From the NCBI GenBank assembly GCA_002104945.1, contig MCFH01000049.1:310001-374000 (forward strand): DNA of 64,000 bases. Reading direction: 5' to 3'. Below the pieces are notes generated by a model, which had not been told where the DNA came from, made no database searches, and saw only the letters and a program-made list of their open reading frames with translations. The position numbers and the translations under genes were made by a program. Positions 10,546 through 23,324 of the stretch are shown one piece after another; positions within the stretch are counted from its first letter, which is position 1, and each line of letters begins with the position of its first letter. This DNA is from Piromyces finnis finn. Taxonomy: Eukaryota > Fungi > Neocallimastigomycota.

Positions 10546-12634
10546 TGAAAGGAAGGGAAAGAAATCAATTGATTAATACTCTTTTTCAATCTCCTTCTCA
10601 AAAATCTTCTTTCCCTTATTATTATGTTGTGGATTGTGGGGCTTGCAAAATTCTTTACTAATGCTATTCTGATTGTGTTTTTTGATTTTTAATTATTAAT
10701 AAATAAAATTATATATTACCAAAGTCTTAAAAAATAAATATTTTAGAGTTTATGTATTTAAAAAAATAGGCTATTTTGTCTTCAATTAGGACCGGATTCT
10801 TTATATAGGATATAAATTATTTGTGTTCCTTTTTAAAAAAAAAATTTATTTTTTACTTTAATGATAATATAATAGTAATTAGTATAAAAAAGATAGATAG
10901 ATAGATAAAAAGATACTTTTTTACAAATAAACTAAAAAGAACCAAAAAAATGGGAATAATAAATTAATTAAAAAATCAAACAGCATTATAATGAAAAGAA
11001 GGTGAAAAGAAGTTAAAAAAAAAAAAGTGTGTTAAATTATAGTATGATTTTTCCAAAGTTTTTTGTCTTTTCAAGTAACTTGATCCTATTTATTCTAATT
11101 ATTATTCATTAAGGATAGAAATAATAATGGTAATAATTAAGATAAAAATTATCATTTTAAGACTTTAAAAAAAAAAAAATCTTTTTAATACATAATAATT
11201 TTAATAATTTATTAACTATGTAAATATTAATTTTTATACTTATTCTAGTAAATTAATTTCCTACTATTATTGTGTAGGGAGAAAGGAATTTTAATACTAA
11301 TAATAAAAAGAAAAAAAAAATTTATCAGTGATAAACTAAACCAAAAACCTTGTCCCCATATGATTTTTTATCCAAAATAAAAACATATTTTATATTCTTA
11401 ACTAATAGATTTAAGATAATAACTAAGAGTATCAACGTTTAAAAGTAAAATAAATCTGTAGGACCAGATAATTGAGCATAATTTTTCTCTTGACAAAAAA
11501 ACTAGACCTTGCCTTTTTTTTAATCACATTTAGAAAGTTGACTACATTGATTATTCTTTAGTAATAATTAAAATTGACATAATACGTTATACCTTTTTTT
11601 ATTATTATTCATTTTATATTCTATTATATATATATATATCTAATAATTATTTAAATTTACTTTTTTATACAATTATACATTTAAAAGGTTTTATATATAT
11701 ATATATATAAATAATACAGAGGTGTTATGATTATTAATTATTAAAATGAAATTTTTTTAGCCTCTTGTCTTCATTAATATATTAGTGTATATATTTATTA
11801 TTATTTAAATAAATTATATAATTAGAAGTTTAATAAATGAATGAATATACTAAATAAATTTCAATTCTATTTTAGTTTATTCTATAGAAAAATGAAAAGA
11901 AATTTTAAATTAAAAAAATAATTTTATTTAAATATATAAATAAATTTTTTTTTTTTTTACCTTTTAAAGAAAATAAAGAGTTTTTTTTTCTAAAAAAATT
12001 TAAATTTAAAAATTTTATTACCTCAAAGGTAGTTGTTATTAAAAAAAAAAAAAAGCTATTATTTTCAAAGTATAAAAAGAAAAAGAGGTAGATATAATAA
12101 TAATAACAATAACAATAATAAAAAAGGTTTAATTTTTCAAATTTTTGTATCCTTTTCATTTAATTTCTTATACATATATAAAAAAAAAAAAAAAAAAGTA
12201 GAATGGCATTAAAAACATTAAAATAAAATGACTATAAATATAAATATTAATAAAATAAGAGAAATTGAAATGAATATTAAATCTTTTACAATCTTTATCA
12301 TAAAAAAAACATTTTTATATTACAACCAAAATAATAATTATTATTGTATAACACGAAAAAATTAATTAAAAAAAAACAATATAAAATTAACAATAAATTT
12401 AAAATTGAAACATGATTATTAATGATATAAATGACTTTAGAAATGTTTTATTTTCTTTCTTTAAATATACAAGACCTTTTTTTTTTTTTTTTAAATAATA
12501 TATTTTTGCTGATTTAATTATTAATATTATATTATACATTTTAAAAAATATATTCTAACCAGTTTTTTTGTTCAATATTTATAGAAATATTTATTTTTTA
12601 AAAAAAAAAAATATCATAAATTATACTTGATAAA

Positions 12635-13843
12635 ATGGTTGAACAATGGAGAGCTAATGTTGCTTATGCCCCAGCAGGTACTAAAGTTGAATATCAAGGT
12701 ATTATTTATGAACTTATTCAACCCCACACTTCTCAAATAACTTGGGAACCAGGTATGGTTCCAGCACTTTGGAGAGTTTGTCGTAACCAATCTGGTGCTT
12801 CTAATCATCATAGACGTCATTCTAGTTGTTCTTCATGTTCCTCTGATCATGGTCATGGCCATGGCGGTCATAATAACCATCATAATGAACCACACGGAAA
12901 ACCACAACAACCACAGCAACAATTTGGACTCTTTGGGCAAGGTCAACAACAACAACAACAACAATCATCACAACAACAATTTGGACTCTTTGGACAAGGT
13001 CAACAACAACCACCATATGGTCAAGGACCACAAGGTTATGGACAAGGTCAACAACAACAACCACCATATGGTCAAGGACCACAAGGTTATGGACAAGGTC
13101 AACAACAACCACCATATGGTCAATATGGTCAAGGACCACAAGGTTACGGACAAGGTCAACAACAACCACCATACGGTCAATATGGTCAAGGACCACAAGG
13201 TTACGGACAAGGTCAACAACAACCACCATATGGTCAATATGGTCAAGGACCACAAGGTTTCGGACAACAGCCTCCATTTGGTGGTTATGGTCAACCATCA
13301 TATGGTGGTCAATACCCCCCACAACCTTATGGACAAAATTCATATGGTGGTGGACAATATCCACCATTCCCACAAGCATTCGGACAATCTTATCAAAATA
13401 ACTATTCTTTCCCATACCAATGGGTTCGTTGGGCCGGTTACACACCAGAAAATGCCATTGCACTTTCTAATAAGAATGGTAAAACCTTTGTTGTTGCTCG
13501 TGGTCCAATAGAAGGTGGTCTTCACCCAGGTTATGCGGATCCAAATAATAATAAATGTTTTGTAGGTTATGGTGGTAAGGAATACATTTTAGATGATTTT
13601 GAAGTATTAATTTGTGATTCTTCTCGTTATATGTGGTTACCATGTACCGATCCAAAATCTATTGATGGTAAACCAATTATTGGTGGATATGAAAGTGATG
13701 GTTTAGAACTCTATGTATGCAAATGTATGCATAAAGGAATTCCATACTTTGGTAAGACAAGTGCAAGACATAGTTGTGCTAATTTTGCATACAATGAAAA
13801 AGAACGTGAATGTACTGACTTTGACGTTTTAGTCTATAAATAA
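12635..13843 (+). CDS. CBM5/12 chitin-binding module + G/Q/P/Y repeat linker + DM9 (DUF3421) lectin domain, paralog 1 (402 aa)
   Basis: N-terminus WRANVAY...GTKVEYQGIIYELIQPHTSQITWEPGMVPALW is typical of CBM5/12. The C-terminus has two DM9 repeats (W...PENA...VARGPIEGGLHPG...YGGKE...FEVL; W...GGYESDGLELYV...GK...DVL). Single exon, no signal peptide. Confidence 0.88.
   Translation: MVEQWRANVAYAPAGTKVEYQGIIYELIQPHTSQITWEPGMVPALWRVCRNQSGASNHHRRHSSCSSCSSDHGHGHGGHNNHHNEPHGKPQQPQQQFGLFGQGQQQQQQQSSQQQFGLFGQGQQQPPYGQGPQGYGQGQQQQPPYGQGPQGYGQGQQQPPYGQYGQGPQGYGQGQQQPPYGQYGQGPQGYGQGQQQPPYGQYGQGPQGFGQQPPFGGYGQPSYGGQYPPQPYGQNSYGGGQYPPFPQAFGQSYQNNYSFPYQWVRWAGYTPENAIALSNKNGKTFVVARGPIEGGLHPGYADPNNNKCFVGYGGKEYILDDFEVLICDSSRYMWLPCTDPKSIDGKPIIGGYESDGLELYVCKCMHKGIPYFGKTSARHSCANFAYNEKERECTDFDVLVYK
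12992..13261 (+). repeat. Coding tandem repeat, five units of 48-57 bp (GQGQQQPPY[GQY]GQGPQGY)
   Basis: Directly visible in DNA and protein. Confidence 0.9.
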
Positions 13844-14397
13844 GGAAAAAGCGATCATTTAAAATTTTATTAAACGTACATATGAATTTTCAACAAATTA
13901 ATAGTTTATACCACTTTTAAATTTTCCATCTTTAAAAATTAAATAAATATATTCCCTTTTTTTTTTTTTTACCAAAAAAAAAAAAAAAAACAACTCTAAT
14001 ATTTACATAAATATTAATGGCCAAACATATTTATTAAGATAATAATAATAATAAAATAACAAACTCATTATAGTATAAATAAATAAAAAAATTTTATATA
14101 CTATTCACATTTCATATTTAATAATTATCTTTTTTAAAAAAAAAAAAAAAAGAGTATTCAAATAAAAACAATTCAAAGAAAAATTGTTTAATCAAATTTA
14201 TTTAATGTGTTTATCATTAATTTATTATAAAATAATGTAAAGATAAAACTTTATACTATTTTTTATTGTGTATGTAATAATAATAATAATGACATGGTCA
14301 ATAATATAAGATTCAACTTTTTTTTAATTTAAACACTTTTGTTAAAAAATTTAATAATAATAAAAAACAATATTATCATTGTATTTCATAGAATTTG

Positions 14398-14762
<365 letters not shown>

Positions 14763-16362
14763 CTATCATTGTATTTTGTATTATTACTCTATTATCCTAC
14801 TTTCATTTATTTATTTTCTGTATGTTTTCTTTTTGTAATTTCTGGTTGGTTTCTAGCCAAGTCACGCGAAGGTATGGCCAGGTATTTCTAAGAAGTTCTT
14901 TTTTCAAGAATGCATTTAAAATATTTTACACCCTAAAAATTTTTTGATCCAAATTATTATTAAAAAAAAAAGCATTTTTTTATCAATAATTGCCACTTTA
15001 TAAAGTCGGCATTCTTTTCAAAATGGGATTGTTTTTTATATGAGATAAAACATTTTTTATTTCTTTATACCCCCATTTTAACTATTTAATAATAATTAAT
15101 ATAATTTACAATAATAATAAAAAAGTGACTTTTAAAACTTTTTAATTCCATCATGCCATATATATTAAAATTATATATTAGATTATATTGTATTATATAT
15201 ATATTAATTTTTAATTTTAATGTCATTAAATATATCAAATATATTTAATAATATAGTGTAATATATAATATAATAAATTTCTATTCAAATTGAATTGTGG
15301 TAGATTATATTATAATATATTGTATAAATAAATATTAAAATAAATAATTAAAAATATTAAGACTTTCCTTTTTTGTATATAATTTAGTGTTAAATGGATG
15401 CTTCATCCATTCTTAAACTTTGTTATTGTTAATTGAATTTTATATATATTATAATATAATGGAATATATTTAATAAAAAGAAAAGTTTAACTTTTTTTTC
15501 TTATTTTTATATATAAAATTAGCGATGGATATATGAATAAATACGATTTTGACAAGTTTTCCTAAAAAGTTTAACACTTTTGAACAGTAAAACATTATTA
15601 AAAAAGTATAAGTGTATACATTATGTATATATTATGTATTTTGCTTGAAATTTGAAACGTTGTGTAATAATGTAATGTAATGTAATAAAATGTAAGACGT
15701 CACATTTCAAAATGTTTAAAACAAATAATATTAAATATTAATTAATAAAATTGATCCTACTTTAAAAATTTAAATTAAAAATTATATTATTATTAAATAG
15801 TATTATATAATATTATACCATAATTTAAAATAAATTTAGCATTTTTTTTTTAATAAAAAATAAATAATAAAAAAGAAAATAAATAAATAATAAAAAAAAA
15901 GTTTTCATTTAAAAAAGGAAATAGTATATAAATAAAAAGGTAACAGTAAAGAATAGATTAATAAAAATATAGACATTATAACTATACATTTCTTATTTTT
16001 CTAAAAATTCATTGAAAAATATATAAAGAATTAGTATTGAAATTAGTAAAAATTCAATAGTTGATAGTTGATATCCAAAAAGAATAATTATAAACAAAAA
16101 AAACACACACATCTAATATTATATATTCAAACGAGTTAAAATTACTAAAAACTAAAAAAGTTTTTTGGTTTATGACTTTAATTTTTACCAGGATTATTTA
16201 TCAATGAATAAAATTGAATGATTTTATTAATATAACCAAAAATATTAACCCATTTTATTTTAATTTTTAATTTTAATTTTACCCATATTATATATATCAA
16301 TTTATTTAATTATTTATACAATTTTTCATTGCTGGTTTATTAATTATATAAAACTAGTCAAG

Positions 16363-17019
16363 ATGGGCGATTTATGGAAACCAAATACTTTATATGAACC
16401 AAAAGGTTTAAAAATTGAATATGAAGGTGTTATTTACGAACTTATTCAACCACATACTTCTCAATATGGTTGGGAACCAACTCAAACTCCAGCTATTTGG
16501 AAGGTTTCCGAAGACCAAGAGGGTGTCAAATTCAGACGTCAAGATGAAGAAATGAAACAAAAAATGACACTAAAAGAAAGAGATGATGTTCCATATCAAT
16601 GGGTACCATACACAGGTTCTATGCCTGAAAATGCTATTGGTATTGCCAATAAACATAAGACTTTCTATGTTGCTCGTTCCCACATTCATGGTGGTATTCA
16701 TCCAGGTTACGCTGATCAATACAATAGTAGATGTTTCATTGGTTACGGTGGTAAGGAAGAAATTTGTGAAAGATTTGAAGTTTTAGTTTGTGAACCAAAC
16801 AAATATCAATGGGTTTCATGTTCTAATATTAATGATGTTGATGGTAATTTAGTTATTGGTGGTAATGAATCTGATGGAACCCCACTTTACGTCTGTAAAT
16901 GTTATCGTGAAAAGGTTGCTTATATTGGTAAAACTTCAAAAGCAACAGACAATGCTTTTTACAGTTTCAGTGAAAAGGAACATAGAGTTAAAAAGTTTGA
17001 AGTTTTAACTTTTCTTTAA
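16363..17019 (+). CDS. CBM5/12 + DM9 lectin, paralog 2, short charged linker (218 aa)
   Basis: Same two domains (YEGVIYELIQPHTSQYGWEPTQTPAIW; GGNESDGTPLYV). Single exon, no signal peptide. Confidence 0.88.
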   Translation: MGDLWKPNTLYEPKGLKIEYEGVIYELIQPHTSQYGWEPTQTPAIWKVSEDQEGVKFRRQDEEMKQKMTLKERDDVPYQWVPYTGSMPENAIGIANKHKTFYVARSHIHGGIHPGYADQYNSRCFIGYGGKEEICERFEVLVCEPNKYQWVSCSNINDVDGNLVIGGNESDGTPLYVCKCYREKVAYIGKTSKATDNAFYSFSEKEHRVKKFEVLTFL

Positions 17020-19574
17020 ATAATTAATATTCCCATCCTCTTCCGTTCAACTCCAATTCCATTCAAGTTTATTCTAAAAAATGAGTTCCATTCTTATTCT
17101 TGATAATTCTTTTTAAGAAGAAAAAATAAAATCTCTCATTTTTAATCTTTTATTATAAATGAATAAATAACAATAATAATAATAATAATAATATATCCTT
17201 ATGGTTAATTTTCCAAAAAAAAGCCTTTTCAAAAATCATTATTTCTTTATGGTAGTAATGTGTAAATAATTAAAAAAAAAAAAAAAAAAAAAGTTATAAT
17301 AAACAAAAGAAGGCATAGTAATAATAAAAAAAAAAAAAAAAAAAGAATTAAAAAAATTTTTTTTCTTTAATTGTACATATATATAATTAAATAATCAAAT
17401 TTCTTATTATTCCACTATTATTAAATTTTCTTGTAAAAGTAATACATTTTAAAACAATAAAAAAAAAACCATTTCATAATATTAAAAGTAAAAATTGTGT
17501 TTTTTTTTTCATCCTTGTTTATTTAAGTTATTAAAGTGTAAGTAGTCAAAATTTTATGGTAATTTTTTATATTCTTTTTTTTTTTTTTTTTTTTTTGATA
17601 TATGTATTGTTGGTTATTATACACACAAATAAAAAAAAAACAAATAGACTTTATTTTTCCCTTCAAGGATATAACAAATATCATAAATCATAATAAATTG
17701 ATATTATTTTAGTAATGTAAAAAGAAATCATTTTATAAAAACATTATAGGCATAATTCTTTATGTTGTTATAAACTATAAAATGAATGTAATATATTTCC
17801 TTTTTTTTTTATTTCATCCCATCTAATAAGAATTTTTCTATAAACAATAACTATCTTGATTGCTATTACAACTACAATAGTATTATTATTCTCTTTTAAA
17901 TAATAAATAAGAAAAAAAGCTATTAACAAAAAATAATTTATCCATTTTTAAAAGATCCCTTTTTTAAAAAAGAAAACCAACTATTTTGTTTAAGCCAAAG
18001 GCATTTTAATGTTCACTTTTTTTTTTACATATTTATTAACTTTTCTATTAACTTATCTATTGACTTTTATTTATCAAATTTATTTAATTTTTATTAATTT
18101 ATTTATTTAATTATTTATCCCCATTTTTTAAATTAAAAAAGTATTTTTCAAAGTTAAATCATAAGGCAATACAACCCAAAAAGTAAACAAAACATTAATA
18201 AAAATAAATAAAACTAATATTTTTTATTATTATATAGATAAAACTTTTTTTTTTCCATCCTTTAACCACTCTTTCATTAGTTGACAGCAAGAAAACCACC
18301 ACCACCACCATCACCACTTTCAACCTTTAATTATTATTATTCCTAGCCCTATTTGACTTTGGATATAAATGAACAAAATTATATTTATTTTAATAAATAT
18401 TTTATCAATATATAAATGGATAAAAGTATCTATTTAAATAATTCATTTTGTCCCTAAATTAAATTTTTAATTATTTTATTTATCAAAGAAATTAAAAGAA
18501 TTTTTTTATTTAATTATAATTTCCTTAAACGGTAAAATATGACATTATTTATTTTACAATACAAAATGAATTACATTCATAATAAATTATATTCTATTGA
18601 ATAGTATATAATAAAGATCATTCTAACATATAATAATAAATGATTTATTCAACATAAAAAAAGATAAATCACATCACTCTATTATATAACAAATTAATTA
18701 ATGCTAAAAGTAGTAAAGTAGTATATAATATAATAATAATGTAATGGTGTATAATATATTTTAATTGTAATATTTTAATTACAATATATTAGTGATTTAT
18801 TTTATTTTAATAGTGCCATTTTTAATATATTAGTATTGTATTGTAAAACGTATCACGTAATATTATTCATTAAATTTTATTATTTATTAAAATAAATTAT
18901 TCCATATATTATCAATAATAATGTTTCTTCTTTTTTATATTAAATAAGATTTAATATCATTATTAATTTCTTACATTAAATGGATTATTTTTATAAGAAA
19001 AGCCATCACCATCTTCAAACGCTATATATTATCAATAGTATTGCAGAATAATAAAATATATAAAGAAATTAAATTATCAATATAAATAATATTTTATTTA
19101 TTTATTAATTAATAATAAATAATAACAAGAGATATTAAATAGTTATTTATTTATTAATATAATATTCATTTATTCATTTTAATTACTATTATTTATTTAA
19201 TTTCTATTTATTTATACATTTATTAATTATTACCATTTTGAAAATTGATACCACCACAAATATAAATGATCAAATAATAAAGAAAGAATTACCTCTTTTT
19301 TTAATTAATTATTAATTAATTTTTATTAAAAAATTCTAAAACTATAAAATAAACGATTTTTTCCTTTTTTATTTTTAATCTTTACAAGTTTTTTATATTA
19401 TTAAAGGTAAATAAAAAGTAAAAAAAAAAAAATTAATAATTAAAAATTTAATTATACTATAATATAATTAAAAAATATTTATATTTAAATATTTATTTAT
19501 ATATAATATTTGTTCTTTGCATTTGACAGACTTTTGATTTTTAGATTTTTAAAACAAAAAAACATTTAATCAAG

Positions 19575-20375
19575 ATGGGAGAACAATGGAGAGCTAATGT
19601 TTCTTACGGTCCAGCCGGTACCAGAGTTGAATACGAAGGTACTGTCTATGAACTTATTCAACCACACACTTCTCAAATTGGTTGGGAACCAACTATGACT
19701 CCAGCTCTTTGGAGAGTTGCTCGTCACCAAGATGGAGGTCACTCTGAACACCACTCTTCTGGTCATCACTCTGAACACCATTCCTCTGGTCATCACTCTG
19801 AACACCATTCTTCTGGTCATCACTCTGAACATCACGAACAACAACAACAACAACAACAACAACAACCACAATTCCAACAACCACCACAACAACAATTCCA
19901 ACAACAACAACAATTCCAACAACAAAATGTTTCTAACACTCCACCATACCAATGGGTTTCCTTCAACGGTACTTTCCCACAAAATGTTGTCAGTGAAAGT
20001 AACAAGCTCGGTAAGACTTTTGTTGTTGCTCGTGCTGAAGTCAGAGGTGGAAAGCACCCAGGTTACGCTGATATGAGAAACAAGAACTGTTACACTTCTT
20101 ACGGTGGTGAAGAAGTTGAATCCAAGAACTACGAAGTTTTAGTTTGTGAACCAGGTAGATACTCTTGGGTTAACTGCAACAACCCAGCTAATATTAACGG
20201 TAACCCAATTCAAGGTGGTCACGAAAGCGACAATACTCCACTTTACGTTGTCAAGGTTGAACGTGATGGTGTTCCATACTTTGGTAAGACTTCTCCAAAG
20301 TCTAGCGCTGCTTACTACGGTTTCGACCGTAAGGAACGTAAGGAAAACAACTTCCAAGTTTTAGTTTTCCATTAA
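19575..20375 (+). CDS. CBM5/12 + His-rich repeat/polyQ linker + DM9 lectin, paralog 3 (266 aa)
   Basis: Same two domains (YEGTVYELIQPHTSQIGWEPTMTPALW; GGHESDNTPLYV). Strongly biased codons (TAC/AAC/CAC/TTC) suggest high expression. Confidence 0.9.
   Translation: MGEQWRANVSYGPAGTRVEYEGTVYELIQPHTSQIGWEPTMTPALWRVARHQDGGHSEHHSSGHHSEHHSSGHHSEHHSSGHHSEHHEQQQQQQQQQPQFQQPPQQQFQQQQQFQQQNVSNTPPYQWVSFNGTFPQNVVSESNKLGKTFVVARAEVRGGKHPGYADMRNKNCYTSYGGEEVESKNYEVLVCEPGRYSWVNCNNPANINGNPIQGGHESDNTPLYVVKVERDGVPYFGKTSPKSSAAYYGFDRKERKENNFQVLVFH
19740..19835 (+). repeat. 27-bp coding tandem repeat (HSEHHSSGH) x3.5, followed by (CAA)n
   Basis: Units CACTCTGAACACCAYTCYTCTGGTCAT start at 19740, 19767 and 19794, with a partial unit at 19821. 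Confidence 0.92.
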
Positions 20376-20857
20376 ATGAATTTGTTTCGTTGAAGAAAAA
20401 AGAAAAAAAATAATTTCATAAGAAACCAAGCTTTTCGTATAAAAAAAATTATTTTATATTTGGACTATGATTATTGTTTTTTTTTAAATTTTTTTTGAAA
20501 AATATAAAATGGCTCAACATTTTATCACATAAAAAATATTATCGAATTAATTATCAAACAAAATTACGAAAAAAGAAAAAAAAGCTCAATAATAGATTTT
20601 ATTAAAAAATATTAAACAAAAAAAATGTAAATATAAAGTAATAACAACAAATTCACACACAAAAAAAAAAACTAAAAAAAGAAAAAGAAAAGAGAAGGAA
20701 TTTTTGAACCTAAATTTTCTTTAACTTTTTTTTTTATAAAAATATCGTTTTAAACTTCAAAAAAAAATCATTGTATAAAAATTTGCAAATAATTATCGAA
20801 TTTACATTTATTTAATAAAAAAAAATATTTAAAAAATTAACTTTTTTTTTTTTACTG

Positions 20858-21039
20858 AGTCGAATTAAACTTTTTTTAAATATTTTGTGGATTCATTTTT
20901 ATTTTTCATTTATTAAATTATGTGGATTTATTTTTTTGGTTGGTTGATGGTAAGGAAAAATAAAAAAAAAAAAAAAAAGGTATATTAATTTGTTATATTT
21001 TTATTTATTAGAATAAAAGAGTACAATTTATTTACAGTT
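20858..21039 (+). repeat. About 185-bp dispersed direct repeat, copy 1
   Basis: AGTCGAATTAAAC...GGTTGGTTGATGGTAAGG...TTTACAGTT is nearly identical to 33563-33750. Confidence 0.88.
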
Positions 21040-21109
21040 AAGACTTTCATTATTGACAGTCACTGAGTCCGGCATTAGAAGTCAATTAATAATGATTGTA
21101 TAATCGAGT

Positions 21110-22258
21110 AAAGATCTCAAAGGGAATTCAATCAAAGCGCAATATTATGATGATAATAAATTTATTGAAACTAAAGATTTTATTAAATTATGTTATGAGT
21201 ACCCAGAGTTTGCCTATGGCTTCTACTGGCTATTGAAAGCAAGAAGCGGATATAAGTTGGATGCTAGAGTTGCCAAAGCTGCTAAATTTGTTGATCCAGT
21301 TTGTCCTAACTACTGTCCATGTTGCAAGTGTGGAGATCAAAGTATTAAACATTGGTTATTAGATTGTCCAACATTTAGAGATATCCGTATTAAACATTAT
21401 GATTCCATAGTCCAGCTATTAAATTTTTTCAGTCAACGTAATTCCAATAGTCCTATCAATAATAATGAAATTGATAATATCAGTAGAGATAGCAATAACA
21501 GTAATAGTAATAGTAACAATAATAATTATAACAATAGTAATAATAACAATAGTAGTAATAGTAATAATAGAAATAGTAATAATAACAATAGTAGTAATAG
21601 AAATAATAATATTAATAATGATAGCAATAGTGAAGATAATAATTCTAATTTAGATAGTAATTTAGTTAATGATAGTAATAGTTCTAATAATCCGGTGAAT
21701 ATTAATGTGTATGATTATTCTAGTGTGTGCAGTAAAATATTTAAATTCCTTCTTGGGGGAAGAAGTTTTAACAATATTAATTACAATTCAAGGGAATGGA
21801 AAGAACTTTGTAAGCGTCAGATTCAATCTGGTACTAATGAAGGAACACCATTCTTGACGGTAACCGCGGAACTTCTAACCAAAATCATGCCTTTTGCTAT
21901 TGGCCAGCAATGGTCAATGTTCAAAAGGTTTGAAGCAACATCCAAGAGCGTCAATGCTGAAGAAACAGTAAGACAGGCCAGGAGGGCCAGCGCAACCAAT
22001 GGAGATCATAATTTTGTTCCATGACAAAATTTTGATCTTTGGCTCGGTGTCCCATTGGAAGTCAAATACAATTATTATACTTTAGTATGATAGTGGCTTT
22101 CTTACTTTAATTAAAATTACTAGAATACATTATACCCAATTTTTATTCATTTGTGTTTATTAAACATATTTTTTTTTATTTTTATTTATTTTTAATTTTT
22201 TATTACATGTATTATAATTTTAATTAAATTAATAATAAAGTTTAAAATATTTGATGCC

Positions 22259-22297
<39 letters not shown>
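21110..22297 (+). mobile_element. 5'-truncated LINE copy with 36-nt poly(A) and 13-bp TSD
   Basis: TGTATAATCGAGT at 21097-21109 and 22298-22310. ORF 21233-22024 is the C-terminal CCHC/Asn-rich part of the LINE protein. Confidence 0.95.
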
Positions 22298-22299
<2 letters not shown>

Positions 22300-22434
22300 T
22301 ATAATCGAGTTATTTATGATATAGATGAATTTATTAAAAGAATTAAAATCTACCGTAAGCTCATTGATTACATCCACAAAAGATGTAATGAATTTAGGAA
22401 GCAAGAATATCTTCATTGGATTAAAACAGGATGT

Positions 22435-22681
22435 CCCTCTTGGGAACGTGCCTTCATTTATTTAATAAATGTAGTTTCTCAAGGGGGTCTACTCATGCTC
22501 ATGGTACTGAGAGAGTAGAAAGAATTAAATCCAAGTATTGCGCAATGGATGCTTGGTGCCCTCTTAGGAATGTGCCTTCATTTATTTAATAAATGTAATT
22601 TCTCAAGGGGGTCTACTCATGCTCATGGTACTGAGAGAGTAGAAAGAATTAAATCCAAGCATTGCGCAATGGATGCTTGGT
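22435..22681 (+). repeat. Two 124-bp tandem monomers at the LINE 5' end (candidate internal promoter or structured RNA)
   Basis: CCCTCTT...GATGCTTGGT repeated at 22435 and 22559, near-identical. Confidence 0.85.
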
Positions 22682-23324
22682 TAGTCTTCAAGGGAAAATT
22701 ATTAGGACTAAGCTCATGGTACTGAGCGATTAAAAAACATTTTATTCATCAAATTTAAGTATTTGATGAATAAGTGAATGTTTGATTTTTCAGGTAAGTT
22801 TGTATAGTATTTAATTAGAAGAGTAATACATTTTGTTGCTGTATTTTTTCTTTTATTCATGTATTCATGTAGTACTACTCTTCTCTTGTAAGAATCCAAT
22901 GTAGTCAACTTTAGCATTTGCATTGTACTTTTATATTCATGTAGCTATTGTTGTATTGTTTCTTGTAAGAGACTGATTCACTCTACATCATGTAAAAATA
23001 CTATTCACAAGCTTTCTGGTGTCGACATTCTTGATTCAAATTTTTTACCAATTTAAATATTTAATGAAAAGTAAAGTCAAACAAGTTTAGTGTCAAAAAG
23101 CGAATCGAATTTACTAACAACAAACCAAAACTAGAATTTTTAAAGAAAATTTACAACTAGAATTCAAAAAAAGAAACTTTAAACAAAGCATCGTAACAAT
23201 TTTTGTACTATCCAGTACTTTTAAGAAGAGAGAGAGAGACAGATTTTTTTCCATATACGTTATATTTGTAATTTTTATTAGTATTTATTTTATATTCAAT
23301 ATTTTTTAATTAGAATTTATTATC

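Noticed and set aside
11905-12159. Short F/K/Y-rich ORFs in intergenic DNA (also 42050, 44187, 48513, 48622)
   Set aside because: Homopolymer- and microsatellite-derived, with no coding signal.
12795-13655. Alternative-frame and antisense ORFs over paralog 1 (and likewise at 19566-20364 over paralog 3)
   Set aside because: Shadows of the repetitive coding sequence, with no independent motifs.
22297-22518. 73-aa ORF
   Set aside because: Chimera of poly(A), TSD, an internal LINE fragment and the 5' monomer.
22435-22681. Possible CRISPR array, tRNA or canonical hammerhead ribozyme
   Set aside because: Only two long monomers without spacers, no cloverleaf, and the CUGANGA/GAAA core does not fit (CTGAGAG).
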